Below are positions 12,043 to 20,226 of a stretch of DNA of 64,000 nucleotides, one piece after another. Made by a program: the position numbers and the translations under genes. Each line of letters starts with the position of its first letter. Within the stretch, counting starts at the first letter, position 1. The stretch covers positions 2,513,648-2,577,647 of the forward strand of contig OZ251509.1 of NCBI GenBank assembly GCA_965242855.1, read 5' to 3'. This DNA is from Alphaproteobacteria bacterium. Its GTDB lineage: Bacteria; Pseudomonadota; Alphaproteobacteria; UBA828. The notes under the pieces were generated by a model. It saw only the letters and a list, made by a program, of their open reading frames with translations, did no database searches and was not told the origin of the DNA.

Positions 12043-12837
12043 TCACTCGTCCGCGTCCTGATGCGCGCGGGCGGCGTCCATCATGGCGTGGATCATCCGG
12101 GGGCGGGGCAGCGCCGGCCGGGGATGGGCCACCGGGCTGTGGCGGTGGCCCAGGCCCAGCACCGTCTCCACCATCTTGAGGGCGAGCGGGCCCGGATTGA
12201 CCACCGGCACCGGCAGGTTCTGCGAGAGATAAGGCCCCGCCTGCGAGAGCGTCGTCGAACCCAGGACGATCACGTCGGCGCCCTTGGCGAGGCCGTTCTC
12301 GCAGGCCGTCTTCATCTTCGGGAAGACTTCCGCCTCGCGGCCGGTGAACAGCGCCTTCATGTCCGACCTGGCCTCGAACAGCTCGATCGAGGCGCAGAAC
12401 TGCGAGACCTCGAACTTCTTCATGAGGTTCTTGTAGAAGGCCAGCCCGGCATCCGTGTACTGGGGATAGGCGGGGTCGGTCTGCACGATCACCGAGAACC
12501 GGCTGCCAAGGGTGAGCGCGTAGAGAAACGACGCCTTGCCGTTCGAGACCACGGGGATGTCCAGCACCGCGCGCAATTCGGCGATCCCGGAATCGCTCAG
12601 CGTGTTGACCGTGATGGCGTCGTATCCCTCCTCGGCCAGGGCGATCCCGGCCTCGAAGATCGCGAACTCGATGAGCATCTCGTCGTGGCGGCCGAGGAAG
12701 TGCTTCGGCCCCGCCTTGAGCGGCTTGTAGTCGAAGGTGATGTCCGGCGAAAGCCGGACTTGCGCCATCTCGGCGCGCCTGTAGTCGAGGCCCTCCTCGT
12801 CGAACGGAAACGGCACGATCACCGCGGCGCGTGGCAT
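12043..12837 (-). CDS. Asp/Glu/hydantoin racemase family protein
   Basis: The ATG at 12837 gives MPRAAVIVPFP, and the sequence resembles the Asp_Glu_race fold. Assignment is by family-level similarity only. Confidence 0.55.
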   Translation of the reverse strand: MPRAAVIVPFPFDEEGLDYRRAEMAQVRLSPDITFDYKPLKAGPKHFLGRHDEMLIEFAIFEAGIALAEEGYDAITVNTLSDSGIAELRAVLDIPVVSNGKASFLYALTLGSRFSVIVQTDPAYPQYTDAGLAFYKNLMKKFEVSQFCASIELFEARSDMKALFTGREAEVFPKMKTACENGLAKGADVIVLGSTTLSQAGPYLSQNLPVPVVNPGPLALKMVETVLGLGHRHSPVAHPRPALPRPRMIHAMMDAARAHQDADE

Positions 12838-12886
12838 GGCTGAACCCTCCCTCTGGCCGTTCTCCCCGGCGCGCCGGCGCAGGCGG

Positions 12887-13807
12887 CTACACGGGATGCT
12901 CCGCGAGCCAGCGCGCATAGCCGCGGAGGCCCTCGGCGAAGCCGATCCGGGGCCGCCAGCCCAAGGCGCGCGCGGCCGCGGAGATGTCGAACCGCCCGTG
13001 GCTCTGATCCTCCGGGTCCGCGCCCGCGCCGAGTTCGATGCGGGCCTCGGGCAGCACGGCGCGCACCGTCTCCGCGATCTCGGCGAAATCCAGCCGCGCG
13101 CCCCCGGTGACGTTGAACGCCCGCGACGGCCCCACCTCGCCGGCGTCGAGGGCCGCGATCACGGCGCCCGCCGCGTCGTCGATATGGACGTACTGGCGGG
13201 TGAATCCGCGGCCGTAGGGAAGGCGGGTCGGCCGCCCGGCCCGCGCGTCCCCGATCATCCGGCGCAGCACGCAGGGCGTCCGTCGGCGCGGGCCATAGAC
13301 CCACGAGAAGCGCAGCACGATGGCGTCGAGGCCGGTCTGCGCCGCGTAGGCGCGGGCCAGGATGTCCCCGGCCGCCTTGGTGGCGCCGTAGATGTCCGCG
13401 CCCGCCAGCGGCGCTTCTTCCGGCACCGGATCGAGGCCCGCCGGCGTGTCGCCGTAGGCCGAGGTGGACGAGCAGAACACCAGACGCGCGCCTCTCTGGC
13501 GGGCGATTTCAAGCAGGTTGGCGGTGCCGGCGACGTTGGTCTCGATCACCGCGCGCGGGTTGTCGCGCCCGAGCATCGGACCGGAGACCGCCCCGCAATG
13601 GACGATCGCCGCGACGTCGCCGGCGCAGATTTCGTGGAGCTTGTGAACGTCCGTGAGCGCGGCCTCGATCGACCGGAAGCCGCCTTCTTCCCGCGGCGCG
13701 ATGCAATCGGTGCCGATCGCCGCGCGTCCGGCGCGGGCGAGGCGTGCGGCGACGGCGAACCCGATCAGCCCCGCCGCCCCGGTCACCACGACCGCCGCCT
13801 GCGCCAT
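12887..13807 (-). CDS. NAD-dependent epimerase/dehydratase (SDR family)
   Basis: Rossmann motif VVVTGAAGLIGFAV and the catalytic YGATK motif. Confidence 0.75.
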   Translation of the reverse strand: MAQAAVVVTGAAGLIGFAVAARLARAGRAAIGTDCIAPREEGGFRSIEAALTDVHKLHEICAGDVAAIVHCGAVSGPMLGRDNPRAVIETNVAGTANLLEIARQRGARLVFCSSTSAYGDTPAGLDPVPEEAPLAGADIYGATKAAGDILARAYAAQTGLDAIVLRFSWVYGPRRRTPCVLRRMIGDARAGRPTRLPYGRGFTRQYVHIDDAAGAVIAALDAGEVGPSRAFNVTGGARLDFAEIAETVRAVLPEARIELGAGADPEDQSHGRFDISAAARALGWRPRIGFAEGLRGYARWLAEHPV

Positions 13808-13981
13808 GCCGCCCTCCCATGCTCCGGCGCGCGCCAGCCTGCGGCGCGGCGGGCGGGCGCGTCAAGGCTGCGGCGCCCGTTGTCCCCGATTTCCAAAACG
13901 GAATTTTCGATCACGGGCGCCCGCCCGCGCAGCGCAAAGCGGCGCCTTCGCTTCTCGCGGGCGGCGGACTACAATCCGCTC

Positions 13982-14311
13982 ATGCGCGGTGAGGAGAAGA
14001 TCAGGCGGCGCCTTCAGCGGGAGCGCGACGCGCTGCTCGCCCTCAGCGATTCGGCGGCTGACGAGCGCCGGCCAGTCGAACTCGATCAACAGAGCGTCGG
14101 CCGACTCTCGCGCATGGACGCCATGCAGGTCCAGGCGATGGCGCAGTCGGTCGAGGCGCGCCGCCGCGCGCGGCTGCCCCTCATCGCGGCGGCGCTGCGC
14201 CGCCTGGACGAGGGCGCATACGGCGTTTGCGCCGATTGCGGCGAGCGCATCCCGGCCAGGCGCCTCGCCATCGACCCGACCATCGACCGCTGCGTCGACT
14301 GCGCCGGCTGA
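13982..14311 (+). CDS. DksA/TraR family C4-type zinc-finger protein
   Basis: C-terminal CxxC...CxxC motif (CADCGERI...CVDCAG). The 110-aa size fits the TraR subgroup. Confidence 0.7.
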   Translation: MRGEEKIRRRLQRERDALLALSDSAADERRPVELDQQSVGRLSRMDAMQVQAMAQSVEARRRARLPLIAAALRRLDEGAYGVCADCGERIPARRLAIDPTIDRCVDCAG

Positions 14312-14318
14312 CCCGGCC

Positions 14319-15104
14319 TCAGCCGCCGACCGAGATGCGGGCGTCCATGTAGAGCACCGCCCGGCCGGCGATGGAAACCCGCTCCCCGCGATCTTCGCAG
14401 ACCATCCTCCCGCCGCGCGCGGAAAGCTGGCGCACCGAGAGCCGCCGCTTGCCGAGCCGGCGGGCCCAATAGGGCGCAAGCGCGGTTTGCACGTTGCCCG
14501 TGACCGGGTCTTCCGGCACCGCGTTCTTGGGCGCGAAGAAGCGCAGGACGTAATCGGCGTCCTCGCCCGGTGCGGTCGCCACGACCCCGCGCAGGTCGAG
14601 CCGCGTCAAGATGCCGGAATCGGGGCGAAGCCCGGCCACCGCCGCCGCGTCGTCGAACACCGCGATGTAGTCGGCGCCGGCGAGCACCGCGGCCGGCGCC
14701 GCGCCGAGGCCGCGCGCGAGCGCCGGCGCCGCCGCCGCCGGCCGCGCCGGTTGGGCGGGGAAATCCATGACCAGATCGGCGCCCGCGCGGGCCACCGAGA
14801 GCCGCCCGCTCCGGGTCTCGAAGGCGACCCGCTCGCTGCCCGGCCGCAACTCCTCGAACACGACGAAGCCGGCGGCGAGGGTGGCGTGGCCGCAGAGATC
14901 GACCTCGACGTTGGGCGTGAACCAGCGCAGCCCGTAGCCCTCCCCCGCGGGCACGAGAAAGGCCGTTTCCGACAGGTTGTTCTCGGCCGCGATGGCCTGC
15001 ATCGTGGCGTCGTCCAGCCAGGAGTCGAGAGGACAGACCGCCGCCGGATTGCCGCCGAGCACCCGGTCGGTGAAGGTGTCGACCTGGAGCAGCCGGAGGG
15101 TCAC
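14319..15104 (-). CDS. PhzF family phenazine-biosynthesis-like isomerase
   Basis: PhzF/YHI9-like sequence over the full length. Confidence 0.7.
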   Translation of the reverse strand: MTLRLLQVDTFTDRVLGGNPAAVCPLDSWLDDATMQAIAAENNLSETAFLVPAGEGYGLRWFTPNVEVDLCGHATLAAGFVVFEELRPGSERVAFETRSGRLSVARAGADLVMDFPAQPARPAAAAPALARGLGAAPAAVLAGADYIAVFDDAAAVAGLRPDSGILTRLDLRGVVATAPGEDADYVLRFFAPKNAVPEDPVTGNVQTALAPYWARRLGKRRLSVRQLSARGGRMVCEDRGERVSIAGRAVLYMDARISVGG

Positions 15105-15159
15105 GATCCCTCCCCGGCGGCAGGCGACGGCGCCTGCCCGAGGCGGGCCCGGCCCGCTT

Positions 15160-15642
15160 CTACCACTCCGCGTGCTTGTACCGGCCGGCCCAGTCGACGC
15201 CCTGCCAGGTGAGTCGCTTCTCCGGGCGCATGAAGAGGAGCCAGCGCGGCTCCACCAGGGTCGGCTCCAGATATTTCGGCCCGTTCTCGCCCAGATAGCG
15301 GAGGGACATCGCGGTGGCGATCTCCACCCAGCGGCCGCCGGTGTTGGGTTCCTCGACGACCTCGGCGCGTCCCCTGGCCATCACCTTCTGCATCGTCTCC
15401 CAGATGTCGATGCAGAGATGGACCCGCGGGTCCCGCTGGATGTGTCTGGCCCAGACGGAGCGGGCGCGCGGGACGATGTAGAAGCCGCCGTCGCGATACT
15501 CGTACCAGACCGGCACGATATAGGGCCAACCCTCCTCGTCCAGGCAGGCGAGCCGGCAAAGGTGGGGCTCCTTGAGGAACGCCTCGACCTCCGCGTCGCT
15601 CATTCCGCCGACCTTGCCGCGCCATGCGTCGCCTTCCGCCAT
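15160..15642 (-). CDS. PPOX-class (pyridoxamine 5'-phosphate oxidase-like) F420/FMN-binding protein
   Basis: Split-barrel PNPOx-like sequence. The start at 15642 is uncertain, with an alternative at 15603. Confidence 0.55.
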   Translation of the reverse strand: MAEGDAWRGKVGGMSDAEVEAFLKEPHLCRLACLDEEGWPYIVPVWYEYRDGGFYIVPRARSVWARHIQRDPRVHLCIDIWETMQKVMARGRAEVVEEPNTGGRWVEIATAMSLRYLGENGPKYLEPTLVEPRWLLFMRPEKRLTWQGVDWAGRYKHAEW

Positions 15643-15762
15643 GTCTCCCTCCCCCGACGCTGGAATCGCCGCGGCCCGGCCGGCCGCGCCTGCACTGCCC
15701 ATGATAGCATGAATGGTTGGGAGAAGCGCCCGACCGACTCACGGGAAAGCGGAAGCGATTCC

Positions 15763-16428
15763 ATGCCTGCAAGCGGCCGCGCCGCCATCGCCTTCCTCTG
15801 CGCCCTCGCCCTCGCACCGCCGTCGGCGCTGGCGGCGGGCGCGGGCGCATCCCCGGAGCCCGGCCCCGCCCGCGCGTCCGCCGCCACCCCGCGCCTCGCC
15901 CAGGCGGAGGCCGCGCCGTCCCGCGCTCTCGTGCGCGCGGTGCAGGTGGGGCTGGCCGCGCTCGGTTACGATCCGGGCCCCATCGACGGCGTGGCCGGGC
16001 CGCAGACGCGGGCCGCCATCGGCGACTTCCAGGCAGCAGTCGGGCTCGCGCCCAACGGCGGCGCCTCCCCGGCGCTCCTCGCGCGCCTGAACGCGGCCCT
16101 GGAGGAGGTCGAGACGGAAGCCACCGAAGCCGCCGCTCCGCGCGCGGAAGAGACGGCTTTCGTCGCCGCGTGGCTCCTCGGAACCTGGCGCACGGATTGC
16201 GCGCGCGACGACCCCGGGCTGGTGTTCGACCGCGTCGCTTACGACAAGACTTGGTCGGAGGAATGGACCGTGACCGTCGACGGCGCCGAGGTCGCCGTCT
16301 GCCGCGAGACGGGGGGCCGTTTCTGCTACCATTACCGGCGGCTCGGTGATTCGCGGCTGCTCTACGACGGCTATGTCGGGCGGACGAGCCGCGGCGCGCG
16401 TAATATCGAGGTCGAGAAATGCGGCTGA
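15763..16428 (+). CDS. Secreted protein with a peptidoglycan-binding (PG_binding_1) domain
   Basis: Signal peptide (AIAFLCALALAPPSALAAGA) plus a PG_binding_1 signature (LGYDPGPIDGVAGPQTRAAIGDFQ). Confidence 0.6.
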   Translation: MPASGRAAIAFLCALALAPPSALAAGAGASPEPGPARASAATPRLAQAEAAPSRALVRAVQVGLAALGYDPGPIDGVAGPQTRAAIGDFQAAVGLAPNGGASPALLARLNAALEEVETEATEAAAPRAEETAFVAAWLLGTWRTDCARDDPGLVFDRVAYDKTWSEEWTVTVDGAEVAVCRETGGRFCYHYRRLGDSRLLYDGYVGRTSRGARNIEVEKCG

Positions 16429-16477
16429 GCGCCGCGGGCCGGCGGCGGCGCGCGGCACCGGCCGAGGGAGGCTCCGC

Positions 16478-17344
16478 ATGCGTCTGGGCGTCGTCTATCC
16501 GCAGACCGAGATCGGCAACGACCCCGCGCTGGTGCGCGATTACGCACAGGCCGCCGAGGGGCTGGGCTACCGCCACGTCCTCGCCTTCGACCACGTGCTG
16601 GGCGGCAACGCCGCCACGCACACGCTGCGCGGCCCCTACAAGCACACCGACGCGTTCCACGAGCCGTTCGTGCTGTTCGGCTTCCTCGCCGCCGCCGCCC
16701 CGCGGCTCGAATTCGTCACCGGCATCGTCATCCTGCCGCAGCGGCAGACGGCGCTGGTCGCCAAGCAGGCGGCGACCCTCGACGTCCTGTGCGGCGGCAA
16801 GCTCAGGCTGGGCGTCGCCGTCGGCTGGAACCACGTCGAATACGAGGCCCTCGGCATGGACTTCCGCGACCGCGGGCGCCGGATCGAGGAGCAGGTCGCG
16901 GTCCTGCGCGCGCTCTGGACCAGTGAACTCGTGACCTTCGACGGGCGCGACCACAGGATCACCGACGCCGGCCTGAACCCGCTGCCGGTCCAGCGCCCGA
17001 TTCCGCTCTGGTTCGGCGGCCACGCGGAGGCCGGCCTGCGGCGCATCGCGCGGCTGGGCGACGGCTGGTTCCCGCTCTTCGCGCCGGACGACGCGGGCGC
17101 GGCGGAGGTGGAGAAGTTCCGCGGCTACGTCCGCGAAGCCGGCCGCGAACCTTCCTCCGTCGGGATCGAGTCGTGGCTGAACGTGGGCGGCAAGACGCCC
17201 GAGCGCTGGCAGGCCGAGGCGACGGGCTGGCAGGCGCTGGGCGCCACCCACTACTCGGTCAACACGATGGGCGCCGGCCTCGACTCGCCGCGCGCCCACA
17301 TCGCCTGCATCGAGCGGGTCAAGAACGCCCTCGCGGACCTCTGA
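16478..17344 (+). CDS. LLM-class F420-dependent oxidoreductase (luciferase-like)
   Basis: The ATG at 16478 sits behind a GGGAGG ribosome-binding site. The sequence resembles the luciferase-like monooxygenase family. The 44-aa upstream extension in the track is an artefact. Confidence 0.72.
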   Translation: MRLGVVYPQTEIGNDPALVRDYAQAAEGLGYRHVLAFDHVLGGNAATHTLRGPYKHTDAFHEPFVLFGFLAAAAPRLEFVTGIVILPQRQTALVAKQAATLDVLCGGKLRLGVAVGWNHVEYEALGMDFRDRGRRIEEQVAVLRALWTSELVTFDGRDHRITDAGLNPLPVQRPIPLWFGGHAEAGLRRIARLGDGWFPLFAPDDAGAAEVEKFRGYVREAGREPSSVGIESWLNVGGKTPERWQAEATGWQALGATHYSVNTMGAGLDSPRAHIACIERVKNALADL

Positions 17345-17363
17345 TCGCCGGCGCGACGGGCCC

Positions 17364-17822
17364 ATGGGCGCGGCCGGCGCAGGTCCCCTGGGCGCAGGCC
17401 CCCTGGATGATCGCGCGCGCGCCTTCCTGCGCCGCCGCCGCGTCGCGCATCTGGCGACCGCCGACGCAGCCGGCGTGCCCCATGTCGTGCCGGTCTGCTT
17501 CGCCCTCGCCGACGAGACCGTCTATATCGCCATCGACCGGAAACCGAAGAGCGGCGCGCCGCTCAAGCGCCTGCGCAACATCGCGGAGAATCCATCCGTG
17601 GCCCTCGTCGCCGACCGTTACGACGACTCCGACTGGAGCGCGCTCCGCTGGGTCATGGTGCGCGGGCGGGCGGAGACACTCGAGAGCGGCCCGGAACGCG
17701 ACGACGCGCAGCGGCGGCTTCGCGCCAAGCACCGGCAGCTCGCGGCGATGGACCTGGCCGCGCTCCCCGTGATCGCGATCCGCATCGAGCGGATCATCGG
17801 CTGGAGCGCGCGGGCGCCATGA
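17364..17822 (+). CDS. PPOX-class F420-dependent enzyme (pyridoxamine 5'-phosphate oxidase family)
   Basis: Split-barrel sequence. The gene lies immediately upstream of cofE and overlaps its start. Confidence 0.6.
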   Translation: MGAAGAGPLGAGPLDDRARAFLRRRRVAHLATADAAGVPHVVPVCFALADETVYIAIDRKPKSGAPLKRLRNIAENPSVALVADRYDDSDWSALRWVMVRGRAETLESGPERDDAQRRLRAKHRQLAAMDLAALPVIAIRIERIIGWSARAP

Positions 17823-18628
17823 GCGCCGCCGCCGCGCGCCCGCTCTCCCTCTTCGCGTTGCCGGGCATTCCCATGGTTCGGCCGGGCGACGATCTGGCCG
17901 CCCTCGTCGCCGACGGCTTCGCCCGCGCCGGCGCGGCGGCGGAAGCGGGCGACGTCCTGGTGGTCGCGCAGAAGATCGTCTCCAAGAGCGAGGGGCGCTA
18001 CGCCGATCTGGCCTCGGTCGTGCCCGGCGCCCGCGCCCGCGCCCTCGCCGCGCGCACGGAGAAGGACCCGCGCCTGGTCGAATTGATCCTGCGCGAATCG
18101 CGGCGCGTCCTGCGCCATCGCCCGGGGGTGATCGTCGTCGAGCACCGCCTCGGCTTCGTCATGGCGAACGCCGGGATCGACGGTTCCAACGTGGAGCCGG
18201 CGGGCGCCGACGAGCGGGTGCTGCTGCTGCCGCGCGACCCGGACGAAAGCGCGCGGCGCCTGCGGCGGGCGCTGGCGGCGCGGCTGGGCGCCGCCTGCGC
18301 CGTCATCGTCAACGACAGCGTGGGCCGCGCCTGGCGGGTGGGCACGGTGGGCCTCGCGCTGGGCGCCGCCGGCCTGCCGGCGCTGCTCGACCTGCGCGGC
18401 CGCGACGATCTCTTCGGCCGCCCGCTGGCGGTGACCCAGGTCGCCCTCGCCGACGAACTGGCCGCCGCCGCCTCGCTGCTCCAGGGGGAGGCGGACGAGG
18501 GCACGCCGGCGGTGGTGGTCCGCGGCCTTGCCGCTCGCGGTCTCGCCGCTCGCGGCCTCGCCGACGCCGGCCCCGACGCCGCCGGCGCCGCCCTGATCCG
18601 CGCCGAAGCCGATGACCTCTTCCGTTAG
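17819..18628 (+). CDS. cofE: Coenzyme F420-0:L-glutamate ligase
   Basis: CofE-like motifs (VVAQKIVSKSEGR and VIVVEHRLGFVMANAGIDGSNV). The gene overlaps cofD. Confidence 0.78.
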   Translation: MSAAAARPLSLFALPGIPMVRPGDDLAALVADGFARAGAAAEAGDVLVVAQKIVSKSEGRYADLASVVPGARARALAARTEKDPRLVELILRESRRVLRHRPGVIVVEHRLGFVMANAGIDGSNVEPAGADERVLLLPRDPDESARRLRRALAARLGAACAVIVNDSVGRAWRVGTVGLALGAAGLPALLDLRGRDDLFGRPLAVTQVALADELAAAASLLQGEADEGTPAVVVRGLAARGLAARGLADAGPDAAGAALIRAEADDLFR

Positions 18629-19706
18629 CCGCCGCTCCGCCCGCGGCGAGGCGGCGCGACCGCGAGACCGCGAGCGGCGAGACGGCGGGACCGAGCGGGC
18701 CACGAGCGGGCGCATCGTCGCGCTGTCCGGCGGCGTCGGCGGCGCCAAGCTGGCGCTCGGGCTCGGCGCCGCGCTGGAGGATGCGGACGGCCTCGCCATC
18801 GTCGCCAACACCGGCGACGATTTCGACCATCTCGGCCTGACGATCTGCCCGGACATCGACACCCTGCTCTACACGCTCGCCGGCCTCGCCTGCCCGGAGA
18901 CCGGCTGGGGGCGGGCCGGCGACAGCCGCGCCTTCATGGACGCGCTGGCCGCGCTCGGCGGCGAGACGTGGTTCTTCCTCGGCGACAAGGACCTGGCCCT
19001 CCACGTGGAGCGCACCCGCCGGCTGCGGGCCGGCGAGAGCCTGAGCGCGGTCACCGCGGCGTTCCGCGCGCGCCTCGGCATCCGCCCGCGCATCCTCCCC
19101 ATGAGCGACGATCCGGCGCCCACCGTCGTCGAGACGCCGGACGGCCCGCTCGCGTTCCAGCATTATTTCGTGCGGCAGCGCTGCGCGCCGCCGGCGCTGG
19201 GCTTTCGCTACCACGGCGCCGGGCCGGCGCGGGCCGGCGCGGCGTTCCTCGACGCCCTGGCGGCGCCCGGCCTCGCGGCCGTCGTCCTCTGCCCGTCGAA
19301 CCCCTACATCAGCATCGACCCGATCCTGGCGCTCCCCGGCGTGCGCGCCGCCCTCGCCGCCTGCCGGGCGCCGGTGGTCGCGGTCTCGCCCATCGTGGGC
19401 GGGCGGGCGCTCAAGGGGCCCACCGCGAAGATGATGCGGGAGCGCGGGATCGAGCCGGGCGCGGCGGCGGTCGCCCGCCACTACGCCGGCCTGCTCGACG
19501 GCTTCGTGATCGACGAGGAGGATCGCGCGCAGGCGCCGGCCATCGAGGCCGGCGGCCCCGCCGTCGCCGTCGCGCGGACGGTGATGACCACGCGACCGGA
19601 GAAGGAAGCCCTCGCCCGCGCCGTGCTCGCCTTCGCGCGGCGCCTCGCTTCCCGCGCCGGGGCCAGGCGCGCGGTCAGTCCTCCGCCTTGTTGTAATCCC
19701 AGGTGA
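18612..19706 (+). CDS. cofD: 2-phospho-L-lactate transferase
   Basis: CofD signature IVALSGGVGGAKLALGL. The only in-frame start codon is the ATG at 18612, and it overlaps the cofE 3' end by 17 nt. Confidence 0.78.
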   Translation: MTSSVSRRSARGEAARPRDRERRDGGTERATSGRIVALSGGVGGAKLALGLGAALEDADGLAIVANTGDDFDHLGLTICPDIDTLLYTLAGLACPETGWGRAGDSRAFMDALAALGGETWFFLGDKDLALHVERTRRLRAGESLSAVTAAFRARLGIRPRILPMSDDPAPTVVETPDGPLAFQHYFVRQRCAPPALGFRYHGAGPARAGAAFLDALAAPGLAAVVLCPSNPYISIDPILALPGVRAALAACRAPVVAVSPIVGGRALKGPTAKMMRERGIEPGAAAVARHYAGLLDGFVIDEEDRAQAPAIEAGGPAVAVARTVMTTRPEKEALARAVLAFARRLASRAGARRAVSPPPCCNPR

Positions 19707-20160
19707 GCCAGTCCCGCGGCGTGATGGTCACGATGGTGCGGCCTTCCGCCATGACGGGTTCGGCGTATTTGTCGGCGTCCGCCGGGCCCAGCGCCTTCTT
19801 CAGGACGGCGAGGGTGACCTCGCGGATCAACGCCTCGTCGCGGGAGAGCGTGGCCGTGCCGCGGCACATGATCGCCCAGGCGCCCGCCGCCAGCCCCCGG
19901 GCTCCCTCGTCGACGCGCGGGTCCCGGTCGATCAGGATGGAGACGCGCGGGTCCCGCGCCAGGTTCTTCAGGTGGATGCGGCCGGCGCCGAGCGTGAGAC
20001 GGAACGCGCGGCCGTTCCAGTCGAACCAGATCGGCGTGAGATGGATCATCCCGTCTTCGCGATAGCTCGCGAGCCGGGCCAGCGTGCTCGCCGCCAACCG
20101 CTCGTCGATCTCCTCCCTGGAAAGGGCGTTCTCCGGCGTCGCGGTGGTCTTCGAACTCAT
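19675..20160 (-). CDS. PPOX-class F420-dependent enzyme (pyridoxamine 5'-phosphate oxidase family)
   Basis: The ATG at 20160 gives MSSKTTATPE. The gene is the C-terminal part of a 1472-aa track ORF whose remainder is an artefact. Confidence 0.62.
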   Translation of the reverse strand: MSSKTTATPENALSREEIDERLAASTLARLASYREDGMIHLTPIWFDWNGRAFRLTLGAGRIHLKNLARDPRVSILIDRDPRVDEGARGLAAGAWAIMCRGTATLSRDEALIREVTLAVLKKALGPADADKYAEPVMAEGRTIVTITPRDWLTWDYNKAED

Positions 20161-20226
20161 GGCGTCCCCTCGGGCAAGGCGTGGCGGCTGCGCCCGCATG
20201 ATAGCCGTTTTCCGGCGCGCGGATAG

